Shown here: one piece after another, positions 60,728-64,000 of the stretch
Position numbering within the stretch: position 1 is the stretch's first letter
Layout: each line of letters begins with the position of its first letter
Source: the human T2T-CHM13v2.0 reference genome, Homo sapiens
Assembly: GCF_009914755.1 (NCBI RefSeq)
Contig: NC_060929.1
Length of the DNA stretch: 64,000 nt
Direction: 5' to 3' (one strand)
Notes under the pieces: model-generated
What the model was told of the DNA's origin: nothing
The model's database searches: none
The model's input: only the letters and a program-made list of their open reading frames with translations
Position numbers and translations under genes: made by a program

Positions 60728-61426
60728 TGTTACAGTAGGTAGCTACTCAGACATGAGCAGGGTAGGGGAGGGCTCCACCTGACCGGGAATATCAGGTGAT
60801 CATCAGGTGATGATCAAGTGGCTTTTAACTGTTTCTCTAAAATAATAATTGGTTGCAGCCAGTGCCGGGTAAAGGCAGTCTTCCTAAAGATAGCAAAAAC
60901 CTGAAACTGGTTATCGGCAGCTTCCCAATAAGATCTCAGGAGTTGCGCAAGTGGGCTCAAGCATGTGCATTAAGAGGCAAAATGGCAGAGTTTAATTGGC
61001 AAATGACCTCCTAGGAGCATTTGGCTGGTAAGGGAAGAATACCTCAAGTGAGCATGGTTACAACTCCAGTAAACATACTATGCATGCTCACCTCCCAAGT
61101 AAGTGCTGGCAGGCCACTACACATGTGGACAACCCACCCCAAGGGAAGAATCAAGGGAGAAGTAACGCAAGACCCCAGAAGTATGCCAACGTAAAAAAAC
61201 CCCAAGTCAAAAGGTCAAACCGTGCACTTGTCTTTCAAGTTGCCCATTTAGCCCTTTCCAAGTATACCTGCCTTCCTTTTGTTCCTGCTCTAAAACTTTT
61301 TAATAAACTTTCATTCCTGCTCTAAAACTTGCGTTGGTCTCTCCTTCCGCCTTATGACCCTCAATGGAATTGAGGAGCCAAGAATTGAGGTTGTTGCAGA
61401 CCCGTGTGGATTCACTTTTGGTAACA
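60728..61426 (+). mobile_element. MER50-like ERV1 solo LTR
   Basis: tgttacagtaggtagct...ggtaaca termini and AATAAA at ~61302. Confidence 0.75.
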
Positions 61427-64000
61427 GCACCTCCCTCAGGGCTCAGAGGAACTTTGTAATTTACTTCTACATTCCCCAACTCCCTGCTACCCTACGTGGA
61501 AGGGTGTGTAAGCATGCATACCACATTGGGCTATTGGGAAATCATCCCCATGCGGTATGTGTGTTTCTCCTATTGATCTGCCTTTGGACAGTTAATTTTC
61601 AGAGAATCTTCAGAGGATGAAACAAGAGAAGATTTCCCACTTTTCCACTACAGTCGTCTCGCATTTTTTTCCAGCTCTACAATGCAAAGATACTAAAGTA
61701 TTTTCCAAAGCCTCAAATAATAATTTAGAAACATTTTGTTTTTAGTATCTAGGCACAAGAATTCAGCTCCAGGAGATGAAGTTGCTCAATGCTAGAGCCA
61801 ACTAGGATTGGAAGTGCAAGACCAAGCTACTTGAGGGCACTTTGAGGGCACAGAGCTGCCACCAGAACAGTGAGAGACTTCTGGTTACTACTAGTCGAGC
61901 ACCTCGTGAGAACCCTTCAGCAGCATTGCATTACACGTTCCTTCCTCTGGCCTTGTCTTTCAAAGTTCAGTTGAATGGAGCAATGCTTTTGCATTGTTGA
62001 GTCTTTTGTTGGAACTCTTAGAACAAGTTGGAAGGGATGTGTTAATTCAGAAGTTTTCTCCTAGGTAAGGGAAAATTACATGTAGGTAGTTGCTATTTAT
62101 GACCTCCTTGTTTATCATCCCCTTTCCCAAAAGCAGGACAAATTTGTATGCAAAAGGCAGGTAAATTTGCAGCATGCGAGAAAGAGTTTGTCTCTAAGAA
62201 ATGCTCCATCAATTTTGCAGATGGAGGCCTAGGGGTAGGGATGCAGAACTGAGCTCTACTACTAGTAAGTGACTTCTAGGAAGGAGAGTCATAGCTCCTT
62301 TTTTTAAACCTCCTGCCCCAAAAAAAGGGAAAAGAAAGAAGAGGAAGGGAAGTGGGAGGAGGGAGAAATGGGTATCCGGGAGAAGGAGGGGAGATTGACA
62401 AAGGTGAATGAAAAAGAGGCTACAGAGAAGAAAATACCAGGAAAAAAGAGCCCAGGTCTGCCCACCCCAGATCTCTGGCCATTGTACTCCACCATGAACC
62501 CACAGCTGGAGCATCTTTCCAGACCATATATCTGATTACCTCACTGTCCTGCTATGAACAAACAAAACCTAGCTAGCAAAGCAAAATCTAAGCTCCTAAA
62601 CCAGCTAGCAGAATCCTTCTTGGCACTAAAGTCGTGTAATGTCCCGTCGTCCCCCCAACCCCCACCCCTGCATCCCCAACCCAGGAGCTTCAGCCACAGC
62701 CAACTCCTCACAGGCTTTCCAGTCTCTGTTGCAGCACTTTTTTTTTTTTAATTTGCTGTGGATAGTCATTCTTTTAATACCATCTTTTAAGATCCAGCTC
62801 AAAAACTATCAGTACTTTGACACTTTTGCCCAATTGCCTTTCATGTACTGACTTTATTTAACACATGGCATTTAATTAAACTTAATTTAATTAACAAAAA
62901 TTTATCTCTACTACAGCCCTTCAGGATGGTTTGGACATGGGAGCTCAGGCATATTTATCTTTATATATCCCTGGCCCCCCTTTTAAAGTTTGGTACAAAG
63001 TAGAAGCACAAGAAATACACGGGAACTGAATGAATAAGAGGAAAATTGAATTACGATCAAAGAAGAGGGACAGGGGAAGTAGGGAAAGAAGGAAGAACAT
63101 AGCACAATCCTAAATGCAAACTGTGGTTTCCATAGCCGTTGGTAGAGGAGTTGTATTGAAAACTTCCAGAATGTCAGTAACTCTAAATATCCTCAATATC
63201 TCCTGTTGGTGGTTTGTTTGAAAATACTTCAGGAACCTAGAAGGTAGAGTGAAGGAGAAATGTGATTTGAATTTCAGTGGCCTGCTGGGTGTTGGTTGTC
63301 AGGACATAATGACCAAAGACAACCTTTAACTTCCTTCTGCTTCCTCTGGGGGAATCACACTGTCATGGCCAGGAAAGATACCATCTGTTGGCCAAGAAGG
63401 ATACCATGTGTGAAATGGAAAGTCCAGATCAAGTCTTGGACACAAGTGAAAATATCTTCACCACAAAACAAAAACAAACAAAAACCCACACACAAATTAG
63501 TGTTAATCATTACCCTTTAGCCAAAAGATTATCAGATGAATAGACAATCTCTAAAAGTGGTTTTCAAAAGATAGGATCATATTTAGAGATTATCATTTCT
63601 TCCGTGGCTCCTTAAAGAAGCAATTTTCTCTGGATGCATCCCCCACAGAATGGTTTGGGCAACTGCCTTGTGTGGTCAAGTTAGAAGTTCTGGGTTAGTT
63701 TCAAATCTGCAATTGATTCTGTGTGTGATCTTGGTCTGACCATATAACCAAACAACCAACCCAAACTTCTGAATCCATGGTAGGAAGGATTTAGATTTCA
63801 ATTACAAGAAATTCTTCAGGTCCTATTTAATGCATTAAAGTAATCAAATCTTGTAGTAAAAACCTGTATGTTCAAATATCATATAACTCAAAGTAACTCT
63901 TCTTGCCCCCTCTAACAGTTTTCAGCATACTAGATGTCTAGAGGGTAATTCAAAATATGTCTCTTCCTGTACTTAATATTTTAAATTACATTGAGTTTCA

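Larger units (their letters stand above)
60098..61652 (+). mobile_element. MER31-like ERV1 LTR split by two insertions
   Basis: Starts tgttggtgcacagaaaatgactc, resumes at caaggtctctctctgaccttt (~60400) and again after 61426, and ends ...ccactaca. Confidence 0.6.

Noticed and set aside
62300-62450. Purine-rich tracts (also 59220-59290, and pyrimidine-rich 50545-50600)
   Set aside because: Ordinary low-complexity sequence with no convincing mirror symmetry.

Overview
This is human (primate) genomic DNA that I recognise as the 5p13 cluster SLC45A2 - AMACR - C1QTNF3, with all three genes on the minus strand. The window holds SLC45A2 exons 1-2, the complete 5-exon AMACR gene (382 aa, ending in the PTS1 motif KASL) and C1QTNF3 exons 2-6. 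C1QTNF3 exon 1 lies beyond the right edge. The background is dense in Alu, L1, LTR and DNA-transposon sequence. The most notable structures are: (1) a ~1.2 kb, ~31-unit minisatellite packed with MITF-type E-boxes directly upstream of SLC45A2; (2) a fumarate hydratase retrocopy in AMACR intron 4 that can act as an alternative last exon and is put back into the FH reading frame when exon 3 is skipped; (3) an exact duplicate of the AMACR exon 2 donor whose offset compensates for exon 3 skipping; (4) an LTR that supplies an alternative C-terminus and poly(A) signal; (5) phase-1 compatibility of splice junctions across all three genes; (6) a 28S rRNA fragment inserted into a nested LTR. Exon coordinates were read from GT/AG sites and sum to full reading frames. 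Repeat family names and boundaries are by eye and approximate.
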